The position numbers and the translations under genes are program-made. DNA of 64,000 nt from Lysobacterales bacterium (lineage in GTDB: Bacteria > Pseudomonadota > Gammaproteobacteria > Xanthomonadales > SZUA-5). The DNA lies in contig JALHMH010000013.1 of the NCBI GenBank assembly GCA_022844165.1, positions 54,045 through 118,044 on the forward strand, written 5' to 3'. Positions 21,101-31,242 of this stretch are shown here, one piece after another (positions within the stretch are counted from its first letter, which is position 1; each line of letters opens with the position of its first letter). The notes under the pieces were generated by a model. The model was not told the origin of the DNA. It saw only the letters and a list, made by a program, of their open reading frames with translations, and did not search any database.

Positions 21101-24100
21101 TTGACAAATGACTCGGTCGAAATCACTGGCAGCTCGTTCAATAACGAACCTGTCGGTGCAACCGACGTTTGTGACAGCAGTTCCTGAAGGTCTGCGACTT
21201 CCAGCGGCACCGAACCATCCGGCTGCTCGTGAGCCGAAAACTCGACACCAATTGTCTCTTCCGTCGGCAGGGAGAATTCAAGATCCCCCTCGATCTGCGC
21301 CACCTCAGCCCGACCACCAGCATCCTCACCGACCTGCGCCGACGTCTGCCCCGCTGGCGAGTCGTCGGCGAGAAAAGCGTCTTCATCGAATGGAATAGCG
21401 ATGATTTCTGCGATCTGTCCGGCCTGGAGATCTGATTCCGTTGCGAGCTCGCCGGCGCCGCTATTTGGTTCTTCCTCCTGCCACGAACTGAAGCTGTCAA
21501 CAGGATCCACTGTTGCCGCGTCTGCGTCAGGCGAAACCATCGCACCATCGCCAGCGGCATTGTCCGCGTCGAACACCAACGCGACGTCTGGCTCTTCGAC
21601 GATATCCAGGATGGCCGGCTCCGACAAGGCTGACCGTGCCGGCTCGTCCGCCGCCGCCGATTCGACGGTGTCAACTTCGTACCAAGGCCTGGCAGACGTC
21701 TCAGGGTGCTGTTCATCCAGATCGTGTATGCCATAACCTTGGTAGGGATGGTCCGGCGCAGGCAAGCCATCGCGCAACGCCACCACGCGATCGGCCAAAA
21801 ATTCCGTGGAACTGACCGTCAGGTGGTTTTCCAACGAATGCATCGTCGCTTCAATGCAATTGGCGGAATCGCGCAGCGCCTCAACCCCTTCGAAACTCGG
21901 CTCGTGTCCTTGTGCGCGGAGCCGTTTCAAATAGCCCTCCAATGGCCCAACGAACCTTGTCAAAACAGGCAAGTCGACCATCGACAAAGCGCCATTCATC
22001 GTATGAACGGCTCGAAGCAACTCTTCAGTCACAGGCGGTGGTGACGCCAACAATTCCGCTTCAGCAAGAAAGCGACGCATCGTTGCCACATGAGACGTAA
22101 TCTCACTGCTTAGGATTTCCATCAGCATCGGATCAACATCTAAAGGCGATCCGGCCGAGGGCGTCAGCAAACTATGATGGTCTGCCTCGTAGGGAACTTG
22201 CTGTTCGAGTGCAGGTATGGCGGGCGACAAGGTGCCGACACCGACGGCAACCGGCTCTACGTCGCCATTCGCCATCGAGTGATCGGTTTCTGCCTCGAAC
22301 GCTGCCGACTGAATTTCGCCATCGAAAGCTCCCGCCGCAGCGACCGGCTTGTCAGCCTTGGCCACCGTGGCGGGCGAGGATTTTGGGAGCCAGACCTCCT
22401 GTCCCGACGCCAGCTGGTCCGAAACCCACATGATTGTGCCAATTTGCGGGTCAGGCCGACCCTCTCCCTTTAGTCCGGCCAACATGCTCGGCAACGCTGC
22501 GAGCGCATTGTCCAGAAGATCGAGTATTGCGGGTGTTGGCTGGATAGTCTTGTCGAGCACGCGATTCAACATGTTCTCGATCTTCCAGGCGAACTCTCCG
22601 ATCGCGAGTGCACCAACCAAACGACCACTTCCCTTCAAGGTATGGAATGAGCGTCGCACGGGTTTGAGCTTCTCGAAATCGCCCAAGTCAGACTTCCACT
22701 GAGGATATTGCCTGTTGAGATTGTTAAGCTCTTCCTCCACCTCTTCGACAAACACCTCACGAATCTCATCATCGATTTCGTCCGACGGCATCGCCTGGAA
22801 ACCGACATCCGGAATCGCGAATGTTGTGATAGCCGAATCGACGTTGACGCTGTCTTCGGGCAATGACACCGAAAGCTCGACCGTCTGGTCCGCCGCCGCG
22901 ACGGGCGGCTCCAGGTCCATCGTAAGTGCTGGCGCCTCCAGGTCCATCGTGAATGCCGGCGCCTCCAGGTCAAGTTCATCCACCTTGGCAGGCGCTCTTG
23001 CGTCGACCTCAAAGCTAAACTCAGGATCGGTCTGACCAAGATCCAGGCTCAGATGCTCGTGCTTTGGTGCCACATCGGCAATCAGATCATCCAAACTCAG
23101 AGCCGTGTCGTCTCTGATCGACGCATCGAAAGGCTGGGTCCCGCTTGATAGATCGATGAAGTCCAAATCACTGAGCAAGCTACTCGATCCGGGCGCTTCA
23201 AGCTCCGCAGTGGTCACGCGCAACCCAGACAGCTGGATGTCAGCCGGTTCGGTGGCCGGAGCGATATCGCCGATGAGCAGAGATTCCAGGTTGTCACCGG
23301 GAGCGATATCGACGGCGTCCAGAGCAGCCAATGGCGTGACATCGATGTCAGCAGAAGCAGCACTGGTCGAGGCTACGGTCTCGTCGATGACAGCAGACGC
23401 GGCACTGGGTAAGCGCGAGGGCTCGTCGGCGAAAACGGGCTCGTTCACGAAGGGGCCCATTCCGACTTGATCCCCCAACGAGGAATCGAACAAGGTGTCG
23501 ATATCGACCACCTCCGAGGAAGAGGCGATCATCGAGTCGATCGCAGAAGCATCTGGCAGACCCATCGAATCGTGCTCCGCCGTTGGTTCTGACGCCATCG
23601 GCGATTGGGTAGGGGGCGGGCTGCCAACGCGGTCCGTAGCAAATGCATCGGGAAATCTGGGGAAATCACTTGCTTCTGGCGCAACTTCGAGAATTTCGTC
23701 GCTATCGGCGGACAGGTCTGCGCCATCGACCGGCAATGGCCAGTAGCCGAGCGCCTCAAGACTGCGACGGGTCACGTCAAGAATCTTGTCGCGATTCCGA
23801 CGCCCCTCCTTTACAGCCTCCAAGTAAAATTCGATGGAAGCGATCGCATCGGCCATCAAGTCCAATTGATCGCCCGAAGGAACTCTGCGATGTTTTAACA
23901 GCTCGACTTCCGCGAAACGAACCACACCACTTAGAAGCTCGGCAGCGTCCGGGAGATTCAACATCCGCATTGCACCGCTAATTTCATCCAGTAGCCGCGG
24001 GATTTGTTCGATCTTGCTGTGATCCCATGGCGACTCAATGAACGCTACGATGTCTTGTTTGGCCTGTTGAATATTGGCAGACGCTTCCTTTGTGGTCGCA

Positions 24101-25437
24101 TCAAGAATCTTTCGAACCTCAGCTTGCGGCAGCTCAAAACCGCCAGGTGCAGCTGCCTCTGGTTTCTGCTCCGCACCCAGGCGCTCGATGTGGTCATCCA
24201 GCGAGCTTTCAACGTAGAGCAAGGATCCTGCGACATCCAGCAGCACGCTCTCGTCTGCAGACTGCCGACCCTGAACGATGCGTTCGAGAACTTCCTTTTG
24301 GTCGAGCACTACGCGTCTTGGAACACCCAATCCCAGCATGCCGAGCGTATCAGCCACGCGATGCAGCGCTTCACTCTGAGAGGCAAGTTCCTCTACGTTG
24401 GTACTGCCAGTCCGTAGGTAAAGATCGAAAGCATCCTTGATCCGCAACAAGTCTTCCTTAATTGCGGTGCCAACGGTGTCAAGGAGCGCACGATTGTGAC
24501 CGCTCAACGCGCCGCGTGCATGGTCAAGTTCAGATTGGCTCGGGATCAGCTTATCGAGTTGGTAAACCTGCTTGACTTCCGCAACTCGCGGGGCGCTCGA
24601 AGTCGATTGAGCAACGTAATACAACAGCCCTTTTGTGAGCTCCGTTGGTGGCTGAGCCGAAAAAGCCGGCTCCCCGGCATCAACGAGTCTCTTTATTTCG
24701 CGATCAACACGACCGATGAGCAGCTTCAGCGCCACCGAAGCGTCAACGCTCTTCAGGAGCACCGCTTCAAGTGCGGCACCAGCGACCCAGAACAGTCGAC
24801 GCGCGTCGAGCTGTACACACATCGTTCTGAGGCGATCAACTGAAGCAATCAATCGTGTCACATTCCCATCAATATCCTCGCCCTTAAACCACTTGAGCAG
24901 TCCAAACTGAAATGCAAGTCGAAGGCGACCTCCATTCGCTGCCAAAAGCGGTTGTGGCGTTGGCAATTTCGCACCAGCTGCACTGACCGGCAACGCCGCG
25001 CTGAGATCCGGCGAAAACAGAGCGGTTTCGCTGAGCAGCTTTTCGCCTCGGCAGGCTCTCAGATCATTCAGTAATGGCAAAAGAACAATCGGAATGTCGC
25101 GGTGCCCACTTTGCAAGCGCTCCAGGTAGTCCGGCAGCTGCACCATGCCACGCATCAGCACAGTGTATGCATCCTCAGCTTGTTTGATCTGGCCATCCAG
25201 CAAACCGAGCGCTAACCGCTCCATTTCCTCGACGACCATCGCGGCGCCGTACAATTCGACCATGCGCAAAGTGCCCTGCACCTGGTGCAGGTAACTGGCG
25301 CAGAAACGCATCTGGCTCTTGTCGGAAGTGTCTTCGACATAGGCTTCCAGAGCTTGCTGAGCTTGCTTGAGCGTGTCGTCCAGCTCCTGCTTAACCCAGG
25401 TCAGCGTGGTGAAATCGATGTCGTCTTGAAGCCTCAT
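18115..25437 (-). CDS. chpA: CheA-like multi-Hpt hybrid histidine kinase (ChpA/PilL)
   Basis: Several Hpt motifs (LHQVQGTL, FHTLKGSGR, LHTLKGGAR), HATPase (HMLRNSLAHG, GRGVGMDVV), CheW and C-terminal REC (VDDS, LLDIEMP). Confidence 0.95.
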   Translation of the reverse strand: MRLQDDIDFTTLTWVKQELDDTLKQAQQALEAYVEDTSDKSQMRFCASYLHQVQGTLRMVELYGAAMVVEEMERLALGLLDGQIKQAEDAYTVLMRGMVQLPDYLERLQSGHRDIPIVLLPLLNDLRACRGEKLLSETALFSPDLSAALPVSAAGAKLPTPQPLLAANGGRLRLAFQFGLLKWFKGEDIDGNVTRLIASVDRLRTMCVQLDARRLFWVAGAALEAVLLKSVDASVALKLLIGRVDREIKRLVDAGEPAFSAQPPTELTKGLLYYVAQSTSSAPRVAEVKQVYQLDKLIPSQSELDHARGALSGHNRALLDTVGTAIKEDLLRIKDAFDLYLRTGSTNVEELASQSEALHRVADTLGMLGLGVPRRVVLDQKEVLERIVQGRQSADESVLLDVAGSLLYVESSLDDHIERLGAEQKPEAAAPGGFELPQAEVRKILDATTKEASANIQQAKQDIVAFIESPWDHSKIEQIPRLLDEISGAMRMLNLPDAAELLSGVVRFAEVELLKHRRVPSGDQLDLMADAIASIEFYLEAVKEGRRNRDKILDVTRRSLEALGYWPLPVDGADLSADSDEILEVAPEASDFPRFPDAFATDRVGSPPPTQSPMASEPTAEHDSMGLPDASAIDSMIASSSEVVDIDTLFDSSLGDQVGMGPFVNEPVFADEPSRLPSAASAVIDETVASTSAASADIDVTPLAALDAVDIAPGDNLESLLIGDIAPATEPADIQLSGLRVTTAELEAPGSSSLLSDLDFIDLSSGTQPFDASIRDDTALSLDDLIADVAPKHEHLSLDLGQTDPEFSFEVDARAPAKVDELDLEAPAFTMDLEAPALTMDLEPPVAAADQTVELSVSLPEDSVNVDSAITTFAIPDVGFQAMPSDEIDDEIREVFVEEVEEELNNLNRQYPQWKSDLGDFEKLKPVRRSFHTLKGSGRLVGALAIGEFAWKIENMLNRVLDKTIQPTPAILDLLDNALAALPSMLAGLKGEGRPDPQIGTIMWVSDQLASGQEVWLPKSSPATVAKADKPVAAAGAFDGEIQSAAFEAETDHSMANGDVEPVAVGVGTLSPAIPALEQQVPYEADHHSLLTPSAGSPLDVDPMLMEILSSEITSHVATMRRFLAEAELLASPPPVTEELLRAVHTMNGALSMVDLPVLTRFVGPLEGYLKRLRAQGHEPSFEGVEALRDSANCIEATMHSLENHLTVSSTEFLADRVVALRDGLPAPDHPYQGYGIHDLDEQHPETSARPWYEVDTVESAAADEPARSALSEPAILDIVEEPDVALVFDADNAAGDGAMVSPDADAATVDPVDSFSSWQEEEPNSGAGELATESDLQAGQIAEIIAIPFDEDAFLADDSPAGQTSAQVGEDAGGRAEVAQIEGDLEFSLPTEETIGVEFSAHEQPDGSVPLEVADLQELLSQTSVAPTGSLLNELPVISTESFVNAEVELDRWLSDDSFDPAELAIADEIGELIASGELSSARPDAVSMDDVLALTTPVDDVEAVPLANLDVVAIEVTEAEDEQDDFSTLAKAPGSETGELLSDFAGQSETSSGAIFELASEHDGVEADEAMELAQAALGDNPSVPEFSRVSGDAKEEHLKDAETTQDLRDAVGETAEPEGGDDRDTDPPGALNLPDVDLELLDIFVEEGVDILDHADGMMARLRESPEDRETVAALQRDLHTLKGGARMAGLTPIGDLSHAMESLFEAIAQGDRKATRPAIESLERAFDRLHGMVQRVRARQAIALPENIIARIEMVLEGREAELLSQEVSTPVSVPAVPETKLVAAQTAEAERVAPPPAARPSAKRKTQLDEDEATARAAQQELIRVRADLLDNLVNFAGEVSIYRSRLEAQMGGFRFNLVEFEQTVLRLRDQLRKLEMETEAQILSRFQRETEQSGGTEFDPLELDRFSTLQQLSRALAESVSDLVSIQNLLDDIARQSETLLLQQSRVSSDLQEGLMRTRMVPFESLVPRLRRILRQTATELGKKAQLRVEGTQGEMDRTVLERMTAPFEHMLRNSLAHGIESPDVRRVRGKAEEGAVSIRVSREATEVLIQVVDDGGGMNRDAIRRKAIERGLMNPEAQLSDRDIYQFVLEAGFSTADEVSKVAGRGVGMDVVASEVKQLGGSLELDSDPGQGTRITIRLPFTLAVAQAVLVRLGEATFAIPMTSITGVTRMPRKELDRRLEQKQLEIAYGGETYQIYDLGDLLRSPVNHSLEETQVPMLMSRTGDQRAAIRVSHVIGSKEVVVKSAGAQLSSVPGIFGATIMGDGRVVVILDLAPLVRHGVALRQAPELAAALELLEPLPEPATRRQPLVMVVDDSITMRKVTTRVLERADFDVFTAKDGLDAVEQLQDRLPDVILLDIEMPRMDGYEVATYIRNDHRLKHIPIIMITSRTGEKHRQRAMEIGVDRYLGKPYQESDLLKNVQEALTAGHANVH
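22904..22971. repeat. In-frame 27-bp tandem repeat (about 2.5 copies) within the chpA linker
   Basis: GGCG(G/C)CTCCAGGTC recurs at 22904, 22931 and 22958; encodes DLEAPAFTM-DLEAPALTM-DLEPP. Confidence 0.8.
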
Positions 25438-25656
25438 CCGCGGACTCCTTTGTCCCGGCCAAGTTTAGGACGCCTCGAAAGTCGTCCGACAGACTGGCTG
25501 ATGGTCGTCGGTTGTTGACTGGCGCGAACCGGTGTTCGGTCGAACCGCGTCAACATGCCTGAACCTTCAACCCAAGCTTTCCATAGCTCTTTGTGCAACT
25601 AAACAACGTGTTGCGTTTCTTCCGTATTTCCAAGGGCAATTCACGAACCACTGCAC

Positions 25657-27693
25657 TCAGCTCGGCAGCTTGAAGTCGGCGACGGATCGACGAAGGTCAG
25701 CTGCCAATTGGGCCAGATTGCCGATCGATTCTGCCGTCTGGCTCGCACCAACGGAGGTCTGGGTGGTAATTTCCTGAATCACGTTCATCGTTGCTGAGAT
25801 GTTCGTCGCAGCTGCAGATTGCTGACGCGCCGCTTGCGAAATGTTCTGAATCAAATCCGCGAGATCGTTCGATACCTTTTCGATCTCACCCAGCGCCAAA
25901 CCGGCGTCTTCCGCAAGGCGAGCGCCCGCAACCACTTCTGCGGTGGTTTGCTCCATTGAGCTCACCGCTTCGTTGGTATCGGACTGAATGGTCTGGACCA
26001 GCGTTTCGATTCGCTTGGTCGCGTTTGAGGCGCGTTCCGCAAGGCGCTGAACTTCGTCCGCGACAACCGCGAACCCGCGACCAGCCTCGCCAGCGGAAGC
26101 CGCTTGAATAGCGGCATTGAGTGCCAGGATGTTGGTTTGCTCGGCGATGTCATTGATCAACTCGACGATCGACCCAATTTCCTGCGACGACTCACCGAGG
26201 CGTTTAATTCGCTTCGACGTCTCTTGAATCTGGTCGCGAATATTGTCCATTCCCTGGATCGTCTGGCGCACGATCGCCGCACCCTTACCGGCAATTTGCA
26301 CTGAGCGTTGCGCCACGTCCGCGCTTTCCGCCGAGTTGCGCGACACTTCGTCGATGGATACCGCAATTTCGTTGATTGCCGCTGAGGCAGAGGTGATCTG
26401 CTGGGCCTGGTGCTCTGCAGCTTCGGCAAGGTGCATCGCAGTCGCCTGCGTTTCCTGTGCGGCTGCAGCGACCTGGACAGCGGTTTCGTTAATCGTTGTC
26501 ACCAAGCTTCGCAGCGCTTCAACTGCGAAGTTAATGGAGTCAGCGATTGCCCCGGTGATGTCTTCGGTAACGGTCGCTTTGACGGTCAGGTCTCCCTCGG
26601 CGAGCGATCCCATCTCGTCCAGGAGGCGCAAAATGGCTTCCTGATTACGCTGATTGAGGTCGGCCGTAATCTTGTACCGTTTCGCCTGATCTCTATAGAT
26701 CAAAATTGCCAACAGGATGAGTGCAATAGCAGCGAGCGCGCCAAACACGATCGCTGCGCGAACCGATGGGAAGAGGCGCTGGTTGACCTGATCCGCATAG
26801 GCGGCCGAAAGAACTTCCGCATTTTCGAGGAGCGCTTCGCTGTCCAATGACACCGTGTTCGCTGCCTCGCGGACGTCGATCAAGTCAACCGAGCCTGTCG
26901 TGATGGCTTCCACAAACTGGCCCAGCTCCTGGAATGTCGTATAGATGTCTGCCAGCAAATTGCGGATTTGCGGCGCTTCGACCGGGCGGATCCCGGTATT
27001 CGCATCGCCGTTCTGCAGGCCGTCCAGGACCTGCCCGAACAACGCCGCATCACGATTGAAACCGTCCGCAGCTGTCGACGCCGTTTGACCACCTTGAAGA
27101 ACTTCGTTCAAGCGACGCAACATGCGGTCTGCCAGCGTCACCTGGCGTCCCGCGACATAAATCTGATCCTGAGTTGCGCCCCGGTCAGCGAGCAATTGTG
27201 CGACCTGATCTGAGCGCGATTGAAGCAACGGGATCTTGGTCTGAAATTCAGCCGCCGTCGCGTTCAACTGCTCAATCACATCGCGACGCGCCAAAATCAC
27301 GTCCGACGCTTCTTGGATCGGTGCCCAAGTTCCCTTGACCTGGTCGAGCGCGGTCTGTACGTCCGGATTCTTTCGAATCGACGGCACGCCCTCTTGCGGA
27401 TCGCCGTCCTCGAGCTTTTTCAAGTGCGACTGGATAGTCGCCTTGATATCGCTCAATTCGTCGAATGCCTCGTCGCGACCGCCCGCCGCTTCGGCCGCGA
27501 ATTTCGCCAACTGCTGCGAGAGCACGCGTATGTCAGTCGACAGACTGATTGCGGCGCGGTCTTCGTTGTTGTTTACGTTGGAGAAAATGAAATTCGCGAT
27601 CAAGCCGATGAGGCCGCCAAGCAAGACCACCACAAGGATGGCAAGCATGGTTGAAGATTCGCGCTGTTGGATTCCGCCGCCCGCCGCACTCAT
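25657..27693 (-). CDS. pilJ: Type IV pilus methyl-accepting chemotaxis protein
   Basis: Two TM helices, [45 protein letters not shown]. Confidence 0.95.
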   Translation of the reverse strand: MSAAGGGIQQRESSTMLAILVVVLLGGLIGLIANFIFSNVNNNEDRAAISLSTDIRVLSQQLAKFAAEAAGGRDEAFDELSDIKATIQSHLKKLEDGDPQEGVPSIRKNPDVQTALDQVKGTWAPIQEASDVILARRDVIEQLNATAAEFQTKIPLLQSRSDQVAQLLADRGATQDQIYVAGRQVTLADRMLRRLNEVLQGGQTASTAADGFNRDAALFGQVLDGLQNGDANTGIRPVEAPQIRNLLADIYTTFQELGQFVEAITTGSVDLIDVREAANTVSLDSEALLENAEVLSAAYADQVNQRLFPSVRAAIVFGALAAIALILLAILIYRDQAKRYKITADLNQRNQEAILRLLDEMGSLAEGDLTVKATVTEDITGAIADSINFAVEALRSLVTTINETAVQVAAAAQETQATAMHLAEAAEHQAQQITSASAAINEIAVSIDEVSRNSAESADVAQRSVQIAGKGAAIVRQTIQGMDNIRDQIQETSKRIKRLGESSQEIGSIVELINDIAEQTNILALNAAIQAASAGEAGRGFAVVADEVQRLAERASNATKRIETLVQTIQSDTNEAVSSMEQTTAEVVAGARLAEDAGLALGEIEKVSNDLADLIQNISQAARQQSAAATNISATMNVIQEITTQTSVGASQTAESIGNLAQLAADLRRSVADFKLPS

Positions 27694-27742
27694 CCTAAGC
27701 TCCCCTACTTCGTTACCGTGCAATACTCATGAACGCAGATCG

Positions 27743-28297
27743 TCAAGCCGACGCCTGCATGAAATCCGGCGCCCGCATCAGCTCCATGATGCTGAAAAGG
27801 CCCCAGACCGATTGTCCAACTCGATACTCATTCTCAATGAACCGGCTGACCGGCGAATCCGCGTACACATCCACACCACGCAACTGCTCATCGACGAAAC
27901 TGCGTTGCCCCAGGACCTCATCAACCACCAATCCCACTGCTCCGCTCGCCTGGCGAACAACAAGTACGCGAGTACGTTCGGTCACCCGAAACGGTTCGCC
28001 TTCCAAGAACCCGCGCAAGTGGACAACGGTCACGAGATTTCCGCGGACGTTTGCGATGCCCAGCATCCACGCCTTTGTCCCAGGGACCGTGGTGATCGAG
28101 GGAAACATCAAAATTTCGTTCACTTCATCGATCGCGCTGACGAGGAAGGCATCGCCCAGACGGTAGGCAATTCCTCGCCACAGGCCCGGTGCGTCGAGCT
28201 GCTCAGGCAACCCGGCGACATGGGCGAGCGAACGCCTTTCGTAATCGAGCAAGATCTCGAAGGGGTTCAGCGCAGCAATTTCAGGCAGATCGATCAC
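27743..28297 (-). CDS. pilI: CheW-like protein
   Basis: TVPGTKAWMLGIANVRG, GLVVDEVLGQR; between pilH and pilJ. Confidence 0.9.
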   Translation of the reverse strand: MIDLPEIAALNPFEILLDYERRSLAHVAGLPEQLDAPGLWRGIAYRLGDAFLVSAIDEVNEILMFPSITTVPGTKAWMLGIANVRGNLVTVVHLRGFLEGEPFRVTERTRVLVVRQASGAVGLVVDEVLGQRSFVDEQLRGVDVYADSPVSRFIENEYRVGQSVWGLFSIMELMRAPDFMQASA

Positions 28298-28327
28298 AGC
28301 TGATAGTCCCCTTGTCCCCTACAGCAA

Positions 28328-28696
28328 TCAGGCCGCGGCAATCAAATTTTGGATTCTCTGAACCAGATCGCGCTCAACCGGCGGTTTGGAAATAAAGTCC
28401 TTCGCGCCTTGACGCATGCCCCATATACGGTCCGTTTCCATGTTCTTTGTGGTGACAATAATGACAGGAATCATGGAAGTCTCCGGGTCCCGGCTCAGCG
28501 TCCGGGTCGCTTGAAATCCGTTTGTTCCTGGCATGATGACATCCATCAGGATCAGATCCGGCCGCTCCGAGCGCGCCTTTGCGATCCCTTCCTCGGCATT
28601 CGCCGCACTGATCGTATTAAAACCCGCTCGTTCAAGCATCGCACTCAGAACGCGCACGTCTGTTGGCGAATCATCTACGATCAGAATCCGAGCCAT
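28328..28696 (-). CDS. pilH: Single-domain response regulator
   Basis: MARILIVDDSPT, LMDVIMPGTNGFQATRTL, DRIWGMRQGA. Confidence 0.93.
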   Translation of the reverse strand: MARILIVDDSPTDVRVLSAMLERAGFNTISAANAEEGIAKARSERPDLILMDVIMPGTNGFQATRTLSRDPETSMIPVIIVTTKNMETDRIWGMRQGAKDFISKPPVERDLVQRIQNLIAAA

Positions 28697-28708
28697 ACCG
28701 CCTACTCC

Positions 28709-29140
28709 TTAGCTCACAGCAGCAGCGCGACCGTCAACATAGCGCCGAATGGCGCCCAGCAACTCTTCTCGCGTAAACGGTTTCGTCAGATATTGCTCGG
28801 ACCCGACAATTCGGCCTCTTGCCTTGTCAAACAGTCCATCTTTGCTCGACAACATGATGACCGGTGTGCCCTTGAAGACCTGATTATTCTTGATCAAAGC
28901 GCACGTCTGATACCCATCCAGGCGCGGCATCATGATGTCGACGAAAATGATCTGCGGGTGATGATCTGAGATTTTGGCCAGAGCCTCGAATCCGTCCGTC
29001 GCGGTCACGACGTCACAGCCCTCCTTCTTCAGCAAGGTTTCAGCGGTTCTTCGAATCGTCTTACTGTCGTCGATCACCATGACACGAAGGCCCGCGAGGC
29101 TGCCCTTGTTCTGCAATTCGTCCACATGCACCTCCGCCAA
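28709..29140 (-). CDS. pilG: Single-domain response regulator
   Basis: VMVIDDSKTIRRTAETLL, FVDIMMPRLDGYQTCALIK, DGLFDKARGRIVGS. Confidence 0.96.
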   Translation of the reverse strand: MAEVHVDELQNKGSLAGLRVMVIDDSKTIRRTAETLLKKEGCDVVTATDGFEALAKISDHHPQIIFVDIMMPRLDGYQTCALIKNNQVFKGTPVIMLSSKDGLFDKARGRIVGSEQYLTKPFTREELLGAIRRYVDGRAAAVS

Positions 29141-29219
29141 TCAAATAGCTCAATTCCGCAACCGAAGGCCTTGTTGCATGCACTTTCGGCTTCTTGCTGG
29201 TTGGTCCAACCCAAGAAGC

Positions 29220-29248
29220 TCTCTAGCCAAGCCTCAACCGGTTGTCAA
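29220..29248 (-). promoter_or_regulatory. Possible sigma70 promoter of pilG
   Basis: Minus strand TTGACA-17-TAGAGA; the -10 match is weak. Confidence 0.3.
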
Positions 29249-29380
29249 GTTTGTCTTGTAAGTATTTGTGTTCGCAAGGATTGCTAACGGCAATCAGCAC
29301 CGCTTAGCGCCAAAGCGCAACAGATGACGCATCATACATTGGACCATCGCCTAACCAACTACTTTTCTGAAGGGGTCTTT

Positions 29381-30328
29381 GTGCAAAAACGACTTGCGGT
29401 GCTCATGGACCCTATCGAGCACATCCTTCCATACAAAGACTCAACTTTCGCGATGATGCTGGAGGCTCAGCGCCGAAGCTACGCCGTGCATGTCGTAAAT
29501 CAGGGTGGCCTGTCGATGCGTAATGGTGATGTCTGGCTGCAATCCCGTGAAGTCCGCTTGTTCGACAGTACCCAACATTGGTTTGATGCAGGCGAGTTTG
29601 AAGATGCAGAGGCGATTTCGTTCGATTTTATCTTCCTGCGAAAAGACCCGCCGTTCGACGCAGACTATCTGTATGACACGCAGATCCTGGACCGCGCCGA
29701 AGCGCGTGGCGTTCGCGTTGTCAATCGCCCTGCGGCGCTGCGTGACGCCAATGAGAAGTTGTTCACCAGTTGCTTCCCTGCCCTTTGCCCGCCAACACTC
29801 GTCAGTCGCCGACCGGAGCAGCTGCGCGCCTTTGTTGCGGAACACAAAGCCTGCGTCGCCAAAGTGCTGGACGCGATGGGAGGCGCGTCTGTCTTTCGCG
29901 TTGATTTAGGCGACGCGAATACCAACGTCATCTTCGAAACCCTTACGCGCGAGGGCCGCCGAGCAACCATGATTCAACGCTTCATCCCCGAAATTGCCGC
30001 CGGAGACAAACGAATACTGATGATCAACGGCGACCCTGTAGACTTCGCGCTGGCACGAATCCCAGCAGAAGGCGAGTTCCGAGGCAACCTTGCGCGTGGC
30101 GGAACGGGACGAGGGCAGCCACTGACCGAATCGGACCGCAAGATTTGCGCTCTGGTTGGGCCAGAACTGCGTCGACGTGGCTTGTGGTTCGTTGGCCTTG
30201 ACGTCATCGGCGAATATCTGACGGAAGTCAACGTGACTTCGCCGACATGCATTCGAGAGTTGGACGCACAGTTCGGCCTGAATATCGCCGGCCTGCTCTT
30301 TGACTTCCTCGAACAGGAGCTAACGTGA
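29381..30328 (+). CDS. gshB: Glutathione synthetase
   Basis: MDPI...KDST, LRKDPPFD, NEKLF, GDKRI, RGNLARGG, EVNVTSPT; GTG start with RBS. Confidence 0.96.
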   Translation: MQKRLAVLMDPIEHILPYKDSTFAMMLEAQRRSYAVHVVNQGGLSMRNGDVWLQSREVRLFDSTQHWFDAGEFEDAEAISFDFIFLRKDPPFDADYLYDTQILDRAEARGVRVVNRPAALRDANEKLFTSCFPALCPPTLVSRRPEQLRAFVAEHKACVAKVLDAMGGASVFRVDLGDANTNVIFETLTREGRRATMIQRFIPEIAAGDKRILMINGDPVDFALARIPAEGEFRGNLARGGTGRGQPLTESDRKICALVGPELRRRGLWFVGLDVIGEYLTEVNVTSPTCIRELDAQFGLNIAGLLFDFLEQELT

Positions 30329-31179
30329 GTGATGTGGCAACGCATGATCGACTGTCGATGACACTGACGTTCGCGGCGATCCTCCACGCGATTGCAATTT
30401 TCGGCATCGGTTTTCGTACCGACCGGGACCCGGTTTCGGTACTGCCTTCATTAGATGTGATCCTGGTCCAATCGGCGACCTCAGAAACGCCAGACAAAGC
30501 GGATTTTCTGGCAAATGCTGTGCAGGCTGGCGGCGGTAACAGCGATGAAGCCAAGCGCCCAACGGAGGTGTTCTCATCGCCCCTGCCGAGACCTGAAGCA
30601 GGCGTTGCGCCTGTTCCGATCAAGGCCGGGGCACCGGATCCTATCACCGCGCCACACCGGACGCCGGTCCTGTCGACTTCGGACGCGGATGTGCAAGTTG
30701 CGCGTATCGAACCGGATGCGAACAAGCCCCGCCGAACGCTGCCAAAAGCCGACACACTGATGGAACGCAGTGCTGATGTGGCGCGTCTGGCAGCAGAACT
30801 CGATCGGCGTACCCAAGCCTATGCCAAGCGCCCTAAACGGAAGTTCATTTCGGTCAATACCCAAGAGTACGTGTATGCCAACTACATGGCAGCCTGGGAA
30901 GCGCTCGTCAAGCGGGTGGGAACACTCAATGCCGGGGAGTTGGATCGACGAAAGCTACGCGGCGACCTTGTTGTTACTGTCGCCATTCGCCGCGACGGTT
31001 CTTTGGACGGGATCGACATTATCCGCTCCTCAGGTCATCCACTCATCGACGAAACAGCGCTAAAGACGATCGAGCTGTCAGCGCCGTTCTCACCCTTGCC
31101 ACGGCTTGCGGACGAAGTGGATGTATTGCACATCACTCGAACCTACGTGTTCTCTGATGGCGATCTGACCATGAAGTGA
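30325..31179 (+). CDS. Energy transducer TonB (pilus-associated TonB3 type)
   Basis: N-terminal TM with LHA, ADFLA...GGG, C-terminal TonB domain (SSGHPLID, APFSPLP, HITRT); downstream of gshB. Confidence 0.85.
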   Translation: MSDVATHDRLSMTLTFAAILHAIAIFGIGFRTDRDPVSVLPSLDVILVQSATSETPDKADFLANAVQAGGGNSDEAKRPTEVFSSPLPRPEAGVAPVPIKAGAPDPITAPHRTPVLSTSDADVQVARIEPDANKPRRTLPKADTLMERSADVARLAAELDRRTQAYAKRPKRKFISVNTQEYVYANYMAAWEALVKRVGTLNAGELDRRKLRGDLVVTVAIRRDGSLDGIDIIRSSGHPLIDETALKTIELSAPFSPLPRLADEVDVLHITRTYVFSDGDLTMK

Positions 31180-31242
31180 CAACCGTAGAGTGATTGCGGA
31201 TGTTTGTCGATCTGGATCAGGCGCGTTTGGCCGGAATGCCGG

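Noticed and set aside
15582-29140. Absence of pilK (CheR) from the Pil-Chp cluster
   Set aside because: Xanthomonadales Pil-Chp clusters normally lack pilK, so this is expected
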